In this document: piece after piece, positions 47,776-57,678 of the stretch
How positions within the stretch are numbered: the first letter of the stretch is position 1
How the letters are laid out: every line of letters begins with the position of its first letter
Virus record (IMG/VR): IMGVR_UViG_3300027736_000029
Location: 1 to 64,000 of that record
DNA length: 64,000 nt
Reading direction: 5' to 3' (one strand)
Origin: a virus
The notes under the pieces: model-generated
Told to the model about the DNA's origin: nothing
Database searches by the model: none
What the model saw: only the letters and a program-made list of their open reading frames with translations
Position numbers and translations under genes: made by a program

Positions 47776-48700
47776 CTCGATTAAACTTAACATTTAGTTT
47801 AACGTACATATCACCGTCATTGAAACCTTTACCTTTCAATCTTAAAGGTTTAGATGAATCAAAAATAGGTAAAGCATTTATAACTAACTCTCCATTTGGA
47901 TGTGGTATAGTAAATTTGTCATCCTGTATCTCTTGTAGATTTAAAAACAAATTATAAATCAAATCATTATTCATTTTTTCAAACCCATCTTGACTAACCA
48001 TCGAGATTTGGACAACCAAATCACCATACTCCCCATTTCTAAAATCACCCAAACTCGCAAGTTTTAAGTATTGACCGTCATCAACTCCAACAGGTAATTT
48101 GACAGTAATTTCATGAGTAGTTGATTTAATACCTTTACCATCACAACTAAAACATCGATGTACTAAAGTATATCCTCTACCCGCACATGTTTGACATGCG
48201 GTTCTAATTTGTTGTACCATAAATCCAGTTCCAAATGTTTTAATTTGAAATCCGGCACCTCCACAGGTTCCACATTTCTGTTGTTCACCACCACTTCCAC
48301 TACAAACATCACAATGATTATCTTTCATGTAACGTATGACCTTATCAACCCCTTTAAACGACTCTAATGGACTAACCTGAACTTTAATTATCTTATCAGG
48401 TGCGGATTTTCTTTTTTGTTCAAAAGGATTATTACCTTGATTACCAAACATTTGATTAAATATGTCCTCGTAAGACACATTTCCATTACCCCCAAAAGGA
48501 TTGTTCATTTTGTTGTCGTATTGAACTCTCTTGGTTTCGTCACCAATAGTATCATAGGCGACTGAAATCTCTTTAAACTTTTCACCACCCTCAGGATTTA
48601 CGTCTGGATGGTATTGTTTACTTAGTTTTCTGTAAGCCTTCTTGATTTCATCTTGAGTGGCATCTTTACTTACGCCTAAAGTTTCGTAATAATTATTCAT
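47768..48700 (-). CDS. dnaJ: DnaJ chaperone
   Basis: J domain with HPD, four CxxCxGxG repeats, C-terminal domain. Confidence 0.93.
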   Translation of the reverse strand: MNNYYETLGVSKDATQDEIKKAYRKLSKQYHPDVNPEGGEKFKEISVAYDTIGDETKRVQYDNKMNNPFGGNGNVSYEDIFNQMFGNQGNNPFEQKRKSAPDKIIKVQVSPLESFKGVDKVIRYMKDNHCDVCSGSGGEQQKCGTCGGAGFQIKTFGTGFMVQQIRTACQTCAGRGYTLVHRCFSCDGKGIKSTTHEITVKLPVGVDDGQYLKLASLGDFRNGEYGDLVVQISMVSQDGFEKMNNDLIYNLFLNLQEIQDDKFTIPHPNGELVINALPIFDSSKPLRLKGKGFNDGDMYVKLNVKFNRVI

Positions 48701-48702
48701 AT

Positions 48703-49350
48703 ATGGAGAACTATTTGGTAGTCTTATTTAAAAATAAAAAAAGAAAACGAATAATAAAGAAGTTTGTCACTTTATCTCGCGCCAAATCGTTTTTTAATAA
48801 ACTAATCAGTGAATCTGATGAGGTAATCTTTGAAACTACCATTGAAAATGCTAAGGATTGTAAATTTGAATTGGGTATAATTGAAATGAGAACTAATCAA
48901 TCCTCACCAATATATGTAACAGATGAGTATGGTAGGAACGTTAAGGTTAAGTTAGAAGATGACGGTATGTCCATATTACAAATTAAGACCTATAAAGAAG
49001 AAGAATTGATTTATGACGTACAAAAGAAAATAAAAATAAGTTCAAAAGACCTGATTAAATCATATCTTAAAGGTGATGGTTTAAAAATGGTCTCAGTATT
49101 GAATAATAAAATTGTAATACAAAAAGATGATGACATTAAATTATTCTCATTGAAAAATGAAAAGGAGTCATCAAGATTTATTGATTGTCTTTCGTCACAC
49201 TTCTTTAAAATAAAAAGAGGTGACTGTCTTTTTATTAAAGACTATTCGTCACCTCAGAGAAAATATTTGTATAGTTTGTTAGAATCTAATGGATTTGATA
49301 AGAAAGTTCTTTACAGAAAGTTTACTACTTATCCTTCTCATCCAAAATGA
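48703..49350 (+). CDS. hypothetical protein
   Basis: 215-aa ORF. Confidence 0.7.
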   Translation: MENYLVVLFKNKKRKRIIKKFVTLSRAKSFFNKLISESDEVIFETTIENAKDCKFELGIIEMRTNQSSPIYVTDEYGRNVKVKLEDDGMSILQIKTYKEEELIYDVQKKIKISSKDLIKSYLKGDGLKMVSVLNNKIVIQKDDDIKLFSLKNEKESSRFIDCLSSHFFKIKRGDCLFIKDYSSPQRKYLYSLLESNGFDKKVLYRKFTTYPSHPK

Positions 49351-49555
49351 AATGGAACTCGGTTCCTGATATATCCATTGAAAATTGTTTGTGGTGTCTG
49401 TCAACCTCTCTAAAATGACTAATAACACTGTTGTATTCACCTTTAGGTAATTCAAATATAATCGTACCCTTACCACTGAATAAAGTTTGAACTGATTCTG
49501 CAATCAATGCCAACTTTTCTATTGTCCTAAGAGAATTATCTTTATTTTCTTCCAT
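49325..49555 (-). CDS. hypothetical protein
   Basis: ORF track. Confidence 0.6.
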   Translation of the reverse strand: MEENKDNSLRTIEKLALIAESVQTLFSGKGTIIFELPKGEYNSVISHFREVDRHHKQFSMDISGTEFHFILDEKDK

Positions 49556-49713
49556 ATACTTAATTTTTTTGGTTTAGGAAAAAGGTCGTCTTTATTAAGA
49601 CCTTTAATCTCTTTGATTATTTTTTCTTTACCCTTATCAAGTTCCTTTTTGTCCTTCAGTTTTTCACTGTTGAACCAATTCACTAATTGTTGACTCCTGT
49701 CCGTTTTGCTCAT
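49519..49713 (-). CDS. hypothetical protein
   Basis: ORF track. Confidence 0.55.
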   Translation of the reverse strand: MSKTDRSQQLVNWFNSEKLKDKKELDKGKEKIIKEIKGLNKDDLFPKPKKLSIWKKIKIILLGQ

Positions 49714-50125
49714 CTTCTAAATCTATTTCAGTTTCTAAATCAGTATCTAATTCATCCCCTACCTCAAAATCAAAATAAAGATTTTGTAGTTTATCTAAAT
49801 CAGTTTTTTCAAAAGTTTGTTTCAACTGTTCAACAGTTTGCTTAAACAGTCTTTCTTTCAATTCTCGTTCTTTGTTCAATTTAATAATCTTACCAATTTT
49901 AACAATGATTGAAGAAACTTCTTTTTCTCCGATTGGACTAATAAAGGTAATCCCTTTCATGTTTGGGTCCTCAACTTCAAATCCAACGACTTGACCTTCA
50001 TCAACAATACTTTTTGGTATTGACCACTTTGTTGGGAATTTCATATCAAAACTTAGATATGATTCCAATTTTCTAATTGAATGAATATATTCAACGAATG
50101 GTAATATTTCTTTATAAAAACTCAT
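49664..50125 (-). CDS. hypothetical protein
   Basis: ORF track. Confidence 0.7.
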   Translation of the reverse strand: MSFYKEILPFVEYIHSIRKLESYLSFDMKFPTKWSIPKSIVDEGQVVGFEVEDPNMKGITFISPIGEKEVSSIIVKIGKIIKLNKERELKERLFKQTVEQLKQTFEKTDLDKLQNLYFDFEVGDELDTDLETEIDLEDEQNGQESTISELVQQ

Positions 50126-50310
50126 TTTTGTAATAGATATGTTATTAAATAACTAATTGATATTCCTAAAAGGAAAAGTTCCCTGTTACTAAGAACCAAT
50201 GGTTTTGGTTCTCTTTGTAACAGGGCTCTTAAAAATTTTAAGACATTAAGTAATGTCACTAATATTGTGAAAACAAATATAAAAAGATATATCGTATCAA
50301 TATTATGCAT
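50122..50310 (-). CDS. small 2-TM protein
   Basis: Two hydrophobic segments. Confidence 0.6.
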   Translation of the reverse strand: MHNIDTIYLFIFVFTILVTLLNVLKFLRALLQREPKPLVLSNRELFLLGISISYLITYLLQK

Positions 50311-50485
50311 TCTTGTCAGTCTTGTTGTGTTCTAAAATTTCTCCTCTTAATTGTTGAAGCAAAGCTTTCAACTCTTGTGCAGATTTTCTTGCTCTTGTAC
50401 CTGCGCTTTTGTTTCCTGCGAAAAATTTTGTAGTATCTACTGAAAGTAACTCAGATAATACTTTGATTTGTTCTAATGTTTCCAT
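50303..50485 (-). CDS. histone H1-like (Hc1 family) DNA-binding protein
   Basis: GNKSAGTRARK motif. Confidence 0.8.
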   Translation of the reverse strand: METLEQIKVLSELLSVDTTKFFAGNKSAGTRARKSAQELKALLQQLRGEILEHNKTDKNA

Positions 50486-50560
50486 TTTTTTAATTTTCTA
50501 ATAGTTTATTTATAAACAAAATTATAAGTTTTTCCTATCTGGTGTAAATAGAATCGACAC

Positions 50561-51019
50561 TTATTCTGAATTTTTTTCAATTAATTTGTAAAGCTCGGTT
50601 AGTAAATCTAAATCAGATTTTGAATAAGTTATTCCAACGTCAAATATTTCATTTAAAAATTTTGAGATTGATTTTTTTAGACTACTTTCCGTTTGATTAT
50701 AAAAAGTATCCATAAAAAAAGATTGAAAATAATCTTTATGCTCTCCGTCAGATTTAATTATAATATTTTCCCTTTTAAAATTTTCAATTACTTTATTCCA
50801 ACACCATTCAAAATGTGAAAGATTGTCGTCATAAGATAAGGATATTTTGGTTTCAGAAGTACTGTCACCTAAATAGGTATCCATGATAATTTGATTTAAT
50901 GACTTAAAAAAATCGCCACATAAGTCAATCTTTTCATAAGTCATGTTATGAACATTAAACCAAATTATTAATTCTTCTTTAGGTAAAGGCTTGGTCATCC
51001 AATTAAAAAAATTCTCCAT
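50561..51019 (-). CDS. hypothetical protein
   Basis: ORF track. Confidence 0.7.
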   Translation of the reverse strand: MENFFNWMTKPLPKEELIIWFNVHNMTYEKIDLCGDFFKSLNQIIMDTYLGDSTSETKISLSYDDNLSHFEWCWNKVIENFKRENIIIKSDGEHKDYFQSFFMDTFYNQTESSLKKSISKFLNEIFDVGITYSKSDLDLLTELYKLIEKNSE

Positions 51020-51069
51020 AGAGTATGAGTCTATGGAGAATGTAATACAATTTTAATAAATGTGAATTT

Positions 51070-53022
51070 TTATTGAGTTTTTCTGTTGTATGAAATTAAA
51101 TTTTTCATTTTTTGTAAATCCTCGTTGATAATTTTTGTTGCTTTAGCTTCAGTAGATTCTAATGTATTAAGTATCTTAGTTGCCTTGTTGATTGAATTTG
51201 ATTTGTCAGCTCCTTGTTGTTTGGATTTTAAAGACCCTTTTGTTTTACCATTACCTTCAACTTCAATCGTTTCTTGTGGTTGTCTTTTATAAGATGCTTT
51301 CATTTGTTCAGCACCATATAAGTTTTCGTCAAAATTTTTCTTAAATCTATCACCAACTTTCTCACTTCTTTTTGAAACATTTCCTAATGCTTTACCATCT
51401 TTACCCGTAACCGCATTTCCTGTTGTGGAGTCTCCTTTTAATTGTTTACCAATTCTTTCATCTTCTGGTTTAATCTCGTCATAAACAAGATTTGTCATAC
51501 CAGGATAAGAGAACGCTTCAATATATTCTTCAACAGCATCAGATGGTTGGTATTTCATCTCATTATGTTCTTTCTCCATATCGTAATTACTTTGAGGGAA
51601 ATCATCTGGATTCTCATCATATCCCTTACCACCCATGTACATATCCTTCATGTAATCTTTCATTTTCTTAACAACTTCTTTACTATAGTTGTCATTTTCT
51701 TTTTTACTTTCACCTTGAGCCTTTTCAGTCTTCTTTAACCCTTGAGGTTTATTAACACTAAAACTGTTTTTTTCTGCTGTGTCCTTAACAATCTCTTCTT
51801 TTACAATTTTTTCAATCATATCAATTAACTCATTCTCACTTAAAGATAAAGTATTTCTACTTTCATTAAGACCACCTAAAGTCAAAGCCATGTTTACTTG
51901 TTTTAATAACTTAGAATCTGCAGCAGACAATTTCTTATCACCTTTAGCCTTTGTCATTAAATCTTTTTTAATTGCGTTTAATTTGGCTTTAGGTATTTTT
52001 TTACCTTCAGGTATTCCTAAAGCTTTATGTAATCCCCCTTTTGTCATGTTAGCCTTTTGAATAAATTTGTCTTCAGATTCATTCATTTTTTTCTCACCTT
52101 TAACGTGATATGTTTTACCGTCAACCTCAAAAGTATCTTCACCGTCTTCTATTGCCTGAGCTCTTGCTCCTGAAAAAGCATTACCTTCTTCCATTTCTTC
52201 ATCTTTCATGTCTTTTTGGTCTCTGTTAAATCTACTTTGACCAGGTTCAGGTACTTGCCAACCAACTATATCATTAACGTATTCATAACCCGCATCCCAT
52301 AAACTTGGATTTTCTTTTCTGTCTTTTTCACGAGCAACTTCAGGGTCTTCTTTTTTACCAAACATTTTCTTGAAAATGTTTTCCTCAACTTCACTCTTGT
52401 TAGATTTTTTACCTTCAAATTTATGTGTTTCTTCTAATCCTTTAACCATTCTAACTCTAAATGGTTTTCCACCAAATTTTTGTTGATATTGATTAAAGTA
52501 TTTTTCACCATCATTTGGTGCAAACCATCTTTGGTTTTTACCATGTTTTGACATTAATGATGGAAAATCTTCAAATTCTTCCTCATCATAATCAAAATCA
52601 AAATCACCAGTATGTTCTCTATCAGATTGGTCAAACCAACCGTGTTCATCATCAAATGAACCAAACATTTTATTTTTGATAGTATTTTTGATTTTATTGT
52701 CAGCTAAACCTCTACCAACATAAGTGGGTTCATTTTTTGATAATTCTTCAGCTTCTTCAAAATCAGAATCATCACTATAGTAAAATTCTTCAACTTCTTC
52801 TTTATGAGATTTAGCGTCTCTTAATTTTTTGAAGTCAGCAGCAGTAATCTTACCCTTAGGTTCTGCAACATCAATTTTAGATTGTCCACCTTTAAGGTCT
52901 TCATTCATTTCAATTTCTTTCCACTCACCTTTAGTTTCCATTATTTTTCTAACTTTAGAGTCAATTTCTTCACTAAGAATTTTTGAAACTAATTTATCGA
53001 TATCATTTTGAAAGTCTTTCAT
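51070..53022 (-). CDS. large charged modular protein (putative processed head polyprotein)
   Basis: Short modules separated by xxE sites; GGLHKALGIPEGKKIP module; TATTTATA upstream. Confidence 0.6.
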   Translation of the reverse strand: MKDFQNDIDKLVSKILSEEIDSKVRKIMETKGEWKEIEMNEDLKGGQSKIDVAEPKGKITAADFKKLRDAKSHKEEVEEFYYSDDSDFEEAEELSKNEPTYVGRGLADNKIKNTIKNKMFGSFDDEHGWFDQSDREHTGDFDFDYDEEEFEDFPSLMSKHGKNQRWFAPNDGEKYFNQYQQKFGGKPFRVRMVKGLEETHKFEGKKSNKSEVEENIFKKMFGKKEDPEVAREKDRKENPSLWDAGYEYVNDIVGWQVPEPGQSRFNRDQKDMKDEEMEEGNAFSGARAQAIEDGEDTFEVDGKTYHVKGEKKMNESEDKFIQKANMTKGGLHKALGIPEGKKIPKAKLNAIKKDLMTKAKGDKKLSAADSKLLKQVNMALTLGGLNESRNTLSLSENELIDMIEKIVKEEIVKDTAEKNSFSVNKPQGLKKTEKAQGESKKENDNYSKEVVKKMKDYMKDMYMGGKGYDENPDDFPQSNYDMEKEHNEMKYQPSDAVEEYIEAFSYPGMTNLVYDEIKPEDERIGKQLKGDSTTGNAVTGKDGKALGNVSKRSEKVGDRFKKNFDENLYGAEQMKASYKRQPQETIEVEGNGKTKGSLKSKQQGADKSNSINKATKILNTLESTEAKATKIINEDLQKMKNLISYNRKTQ

Positions 53023-53045
53023 TTTGTATTTTTATTATAAATATC

Positions 53046-53696
53046 TTATTTTATTCTTTTGTTTAGTTTTTGGTACTCATGTTCCAAAATTGTCTTAACT
53101 ACGTTAGGACTAACACCCATTTTCTTTGCAACATTATTAATCGCATCATTAACAGATTCGTTTTTACTAATCTTTAGATTATTAATGTCTCCTTGATTAC
53201 AGTATGGGAATTTAGTACATTTCTTTTTGATTTTTACAAATCCACCTCCAGGATATTGTGTTTTTCTACTTGGCCCCCAATCTTTCTTACTTGTTGACTT
53301 AGCCCACATTGAAGGTGATTCATATCCACCTACAGAACCTGACGTAGTAGCTTCTTTAGCTTCAACCTTATCAACATCACTTTCTTTCAATCCTGGTGTT
53401 TCAGACCTACTTTTTTCCCAAAACTCATCGTCGTCACCACCACCAAATACGGGTCCCGAATAAGCTCCTGAAGAACCTGAACCTGTAGCTTCTTTAGTTT
53501 CAGATTTATTTTTTTTTACTTTTTTACTTTTATTTAAAAAAGTTTCATATTTGTTTCCATCTTCGTCAACTTCTTCAGTAAACGATGATTTATATTTTAA
53601 TGCATCTCCCATAGTACTTGAGTTTAATTTAACATTTGGTTGAGTTGTATACGCCTTATCTATAGCGGTTTTAAATGTATCTTTAGAGGTTTTCAT
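53046..53696 (-). CDS. hypothetical protein with KE|AT.SGS.G.Y repeats
   Basis: KEATGSGSSGAY and KEATTSGSVGGY; CTKFPYC. Confidence 0.7.
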   Translation of the reverse strand: MKTSKDTFKTAIDKAYTTQPNVKLNSSTMGDALKYKSSFTEEVDEDGNKYETFLNKSKKVKKNKSETKEATGSGSSGAYSGPVFGGGDDDEFWEKSRSETPGLKESDVDKVEAKEATTSGSVGGYESPSMWAKSTSKKDWGPSRKTQYPGGGFVKIKKKCTKFPYCNQGDINNLKISKNESVNDAINNVAKKMGVSPNVVKTILEHEYQKLNKRIK

Positions 53697-53698
53697 AA

Positions 53699-53944
53699 TT
53701 AAGCATTTCTAAGTTTTGGCTCCCAATAACTACGGTTCATCCACATAAATTGGTAGAATTCACGGAACATTTTTAGGGTTATTTCTTTAACTTCACCAGT
53801 AAGTTTCCCTCTTTTAATCTCTTTTGAGATTCTATCCATCAATTTGTCTTCAAATTGTTTAAGGGTACTATTATCCATAAAGCTTCTAATCTCTTTACGA
53901 ATCATAGTTTCAATTTCTTTTTTGTCTGTTGTAGTAAGTGCCAT
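53699..53944 (-). CDS. hypothetical protein
   Basis: ORF track. Confidence 0.7.
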   Translation of the reverse strand: MALTTTDKKEIETMIRKEIRSFMDNSTLKQFEDKLMDRISKEIKRGKLTGEVKEITLKMFREFYQFMWMNRSYWEPKLRNA

Positions 53945-54357
53945 TATTTTATAATCAAAAATGTTCCCAATATTAATATGGCAGAGCCTGATAATATTGA
54001 AGTAAATTTATTTTTAACTTTCAACTTCTTTAAATCCCACTCAAGTTGTTTTGTGTGGTTTTCCAAAATTGAATATTTTTCATTTTGAGCCAAAATAATT
54101 GTATTATAATTTTCTTCTTTAACTCTCATTATTGAAATAACACTATCTTTCTTTTCAACTATATTTTCTGTTTTATATAATTGTTGTTCTGTTAGTTTCA
54201 ATTGAGCTTTGGCTGAATCTCCACTCAATAAATCCTTTGTTATCTGTTTCACAATTGGTATTGGGAAACATTTAACAGGTTCTTTATTTGTATCTATTTG
54301 AGAAAAAGCTGTCAAACTCAGACTTAGTATACTCATCAACACGAATAATTTCTTCAT
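53944..54357 (-). CDS. signal peptide + coiled coil + C-terminal TM protein (spanin-like)
   Basis: Topology; overlaps upstream gene by 74 nt. Confidence 0.5.
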   Translation of the reverse strand: MKKLFVLMSILSLSLTAFSQIDTNKEPVKCFPIPIVKQITKDLLSGDSAKAQLKLTEQQLYKTENIVEKKDSVISIMRVKEENYNTIILAQNEKYSILENHTKQLEWDLKKLKVKNKFTSILSGSAILILGTFLIIK

Positions 54358-54643
54358 GGTATTTCTTTGCTACTTTAGTTTTATCCTTTTTTATTTTGGT
54401 GACATTATCTTCAATCTTATCGATTTCTTTATTGATATCAGTAATCTTGTTTTCTAATTTGTCTTGTTCTTTATACATTTCATTAACTACATTATCTAAT
54501 GAGTCAATTTTCTTACTATCCGCAATAGCCATTGTATTTAATGGTGTTAAAATAAAAATAACCCAATACAACAAAAACAATCCCACTAATACAGAGATAA
54601 TTGTTTTATAGTTTTTAGTAATAAAGTTCTTAATTGTTTCCAT
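54284..54643 (-). CDS. N-terminal TM + coiled-coil protein (i-spanin-like)
   Basis: Topology; near the amidase gene. Confidence 0.5.
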   Translation of the reverse strand: METIKNFITKNYKTIISVLVGLFLLYWVIFILTPLNTMAIADSKKIDSLDNVVNEMYKEQDKLENKITDINKEIDKIEDNVTKIKKDKTKVAKKYHEEIIRVDEYTKSEFDSFFSNRYK

Positions 54644-55248
54644 TATTCAGGTGATTCTTTTGTTTTCTTTCTACTTGCAAGGACTTTACCCCATTTGGAT
54701 TTGAACTTTTGGTAGAACTGTTGTAATTTATTAATCATTTCCAAGAAATCTTCATCAACTTTAACCATATCACCATCGATATAGATTCCACTATCTTCAC
54801 CAATTGTAAATGTAAATTCAATATCTTGGTCAATAATTTTACCTGACCAATCAACATTGTTTTGGTAAACATTTAAAGTATTAAAATCCACCAAATCGGA
54901 AACCTCTTCAACAAACTCATCCATACTTTCTTGGAAAGCAATTTTCTCATCAGTTGTAATATCCAATTCATTTTTATCTTTACCATGTAAGGCTAAGATT
55001 CCACCTGATATTCTATACTTCTGTGTTTTATCTTTTGGAGATTGTTTACTATACTCAGTATCATCACCATCTTCAATATCATCACCAGGTTCTCTATCAC
55101 TAACCGCAGTTTCATAATCTTGGTCTTGGTCAATTCTTTGTTCAATACTCGCAGCAACATTATCTTGAGTATCTTGCTCAAGTAACATTCTTGATTTCTT
55201 TAATAACGACTTAATCTCGTCGTATCTGTTATTGTGTATATTAGTCAT
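54643..55248 (-). CDS. hypothetical acidic protein
   Basis: ORF track; EIKSLLKKSRMLLE leader-like start. Confidence 0.7.
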   Translation of the reverse strand: MTNIHNNRYDEIKSLLKKSRMLLEQDTQDNVAASIEQRIDQDQDYETAVSDREPGDDIEDGDDTEYSKQSPKDKTQKYRISGGILALHGKDKNELDITTDEKIAFQESMDEFVEEVSDLVDFNTLNVYQNNVDWSGKIIDQDIEFTFTIGEDSGIYIDGDMVKVDEDFLEMINKLQQFYQKFKSKWGKVLASRKKTKESPE

Positions 55249-55837
55249 TGTCTATTAATTTAATAAAGTTTTCAAAATTGAAAGATGGGTTTAGGTCAGT
55301 GTACTTTCCGTCAAAATTGCTCTTTGAGACAATCCCTTCAAAATGTTCAACACCTTCAAATCTGGTGTTATGACCTACACATCTTTTTTTAATCTTGAGT
55401 ATCTCAGTTAAATGTGAACATAATTCAGCGGTAGATTTCACCTGTTCCTCTGAATATGGTTCCCAAAAAAAGAAATCTCTCCATTTTTTTTCGTAAACTT
55501 CTTGATTATAAATACTTCCTTTCCAGTTAATATAATAGTTTGTTAAAGGTTTCTTTTCTAACCATCCAAAATTCTCCAAACATACAATAATGGAGTTTCT
55601 ATTAATATTATCTTCAGTGAAAAAATTGCTGTGACCTTCATCTGGAAGTAGTTGAAGGATTTTACCGTCTTTGGTAATTAAATAATTGGGAATTTTGTCA
55701 TACTTGGAATTGTACCTAAACTTAAGGGAGGTCAAGTATTCCTCAACCTCCCTTGATGTATGACATAAAATTATTTGTTTTTTCTTTTTTTGTTTACCTG
55801 TTGTTTTGAAATTTCCGTATTTTTCAATATTAAGCAT
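55241..55837 (-). CDS. N-acetylmuramoyl-L-alanine amidase-like (Amidase_2)
   Basis: IILCHT, NYLITKDGKILQL, NSI.VCLE. Confidence 0.75.
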   Translation of the reverse strand: MLNIEKYGNFKTTGKQKKKKQIILCHTSREVEEYLTSLKFRYNSKYDKIPNYLITKDGKILQLLPDEGHSNFFTEDNINRNSIIVCLENFGWLEKKPLTNYYINWKGSIYNQEVYEKKWRDFFFWEPYSEEQVKSTAELCSHLTEILKIKKRCVGHNTRFEGVEHFEGIVSKSNFDGKYTDLNPSFNFENFIKLIDND

Positions 55838-56528
55838 CTCGTTTACTATAACTTAACCTTCTTACTTGGTCTTCATTTATTGGGTCAGAAGTTTTCTCAG
55901 TTAAGTTACCAAATTTTTGTTCGTTAACTCGTCTCAATTCTTCCTCAAGTCTTTGTAAATCTTCTTGAGTTGGAACATACTTTTCTTTTTCAACTTCAGC
56001 TTCTTTCTTTCCTGCTTCGGTACTCAATGCTTCGATATCAATTTCAGGTTCAGGAGCGTCAGTCTTTCCCTCTTCCTCAAACTTAACTAACATGTGCAAA
56101 AAGGACAGAGAAATTATTGGTAACATACCACCAGCAAATAATGCTAAGAATCTTTTGTGTCCAATAGGGTCTCCTGAATCAACACCAAGATAACTAACAA
56201 CTGGGTCAACTAATTCAACCCAATCTTTAAATGCTTTCGCATCAACATTAATATATTGATATGAAAAAAAAATATTACCGATAAATTGAATTAAAGTTAC
56301 AATACCAAATGGGATATAAACTTTCTTACCCATATTTGCTGATATCGCAGCAACTGCAGATAAGGCAGCAATCTCAATACCAATAGATAGGTATACCGCC
56401 CAACTCATTGGGTTTGATAATCCATACCAAGTTGTTACGTGGGATATTGAAACACCAGCAACTGCCAAGATTGGGACCAAGAAGGCAACATAAATTATCT
56501 TCTTAAAATTTTTCTGTATCCAACTCAT
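55830..56528 (-). CDS. multi-pass membrane protein
   Basis: About 4 hydrophobic helices. Confidence 0.7.
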   Translation of the reverse strand: MSWIQKNFKKIIYVAFLVPILAVAGVSISHVTTWYGLSNPMSWAVYLSIGIEIAALSAVAAISANMGKKVYIPFGIVTLIQFIGNIFFSYQYINVDAKAFKDWVELVDPVVSYLGVDSGDPIGHKRFLALFAGGMLPIISLSFLHMLVKFEEEGKTDAPEPEIDIEALSTEAGKKEAEVEKEKYVPTQEDLQRLEEELRRVNEQKFGNLTEKTSDPINEDQVRRLSYSKRDA

Positions 56529-56529
56529 T

Positions 56530-56811
56530 TTATTTAGATTTTAATTTTTTAATCTCCTGTTCAATTTGAGTTTGTCTTTGAACATCCAATAACTTTCTGT
56601 CAGTTGCTTGAATCATTCTTTTTTCAGACTCCAATCCCATGATTGTTAATTCAACATTCAATTCTTGTTTAGTGTAAGTTGAGTCTTTAATTGCTTCAAC
56701 CTCTTTTCTCATTTTAGCAAGTTCTCTACCATCACCACATCCTTTAAAGAAGGACAATAAAGCAATGACCAATACAATAACCACAAAGTTTTTTTCTATA
56801 AATTTTTTCAT
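56530..56811 (-). CDS. membrane-anchored or lipoprotein-like coiled-coil protein
   Basis: Hydrophobic N-terminus followed by FKGC. Confidence 0.6.
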   Translation of the reverse strand: MKKFIEKNFVVIVLVIALLSFFKGCGDGRELAKMRKEVEAIKDSTYTKQELNVELTIMGLESEKRMIQATDRKLLDVQRQTQIEQEIKKLKSK

Positions 56812-56879
56812 ATTTTTTTTGTTTTTTATTTATCCCAATAATAAAAGGGTGTACTAATAAATACACCCTTTTTCAACTT

Positions 56880-57677
56880 TTACATATAATCGAACAAACT
56901 TGATGTCTCGTTCCTCAATTTTCGGAGAGCTTTTTCCTTAATTTGTCGAACCCTTTCTTTGGTTAATGAGAAGTCACCACCAATATCTTCCAACGTTCTT
57001 GTGTTACCTGTCAATCCAAAATAATCTTCAATGATTACTCGTTCACGATTGTCCAACACATCCAACATCTCAAGAAGTTTCTTCTTCAAGGTGTCCTCAG
57101 TTGATAAATTGACATCGGCAAGTTCCGCATTTGGGTTATTCAAGATGTCCAACAGGGTATCACCTTCCTCATTCAAAGGATTGTCCAAGTTGATGGTGTA
57201 TGGCAATGTCGCAAACTTTTCAGGTAGAGCAACTCCTGCGGAATCCAACTCCTTCTTAGCTCGATGTAGTTCTTGAACCACATTAACAGGGAGACGGATG
57301 GTTCTTGCATTCTCGTTCAACGATTGCAAGATTGATTGACGAACCCACCACACAGCATAAGAGATGAATCTTAACCCTTTGGTCCAATCAAAGTTTTCGA
57401 TGGCTTTCATAAGACCGTAGTTCCCTTCTGCAATCAAGTCAGATAAGTCCAATCCTTGATTTTGGTATTGTTTACTAACCGTGATGACAAAACGAAGATT
57501 ACCTTCCAACAACTCTTGTTGAATCTGTTCCTTTTCTTGTTCTGTCACATCAGGAGATAACATCCTTTTTGCGAGTTCTCTCTCCCTGTCAGGTGTCATA
57601 ACTCGAATTTTTCGGATGTCCTTAAGATATACCGCAATTTCTTCTTGGTTGATTGGAATTGATGATTTTTCTTTCAT
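56880..57677 (-). CDS. rpoD: sigma-70 factor, RpoD/SigA type lacking region 1.1
   Basis: NLRFVITVSKQY, DLIAEGNYGL, FISYAVWWVRQSI, TLEDIG...ERVRQI. Confidence 0.93.
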   Translation of the reverse strand: MKEKSSIPINQEEIAVYLKDIRKIRVMTPDRERELAKRMLSPDVTEQEKEQIQQELLEGNLRFVITVSKQYQNQGLDLSDLIAEGNYGLMKAIENFDWTKGLRFISYAVWWVRQSILQSLNENARTIRLPVNVVQELHRAKKELDSAGVALPEKFATLPYTINLDNPLNEEGDTLLDILNNPNAELADVNLSTEDTLKKKLLEMLDVLDNRERVIIEDYFGLTGNTRTLEDIGGDFSLTKERVRQIKEKALRKLRNETSSLFDYM

Positions 57678-57678
57678 A

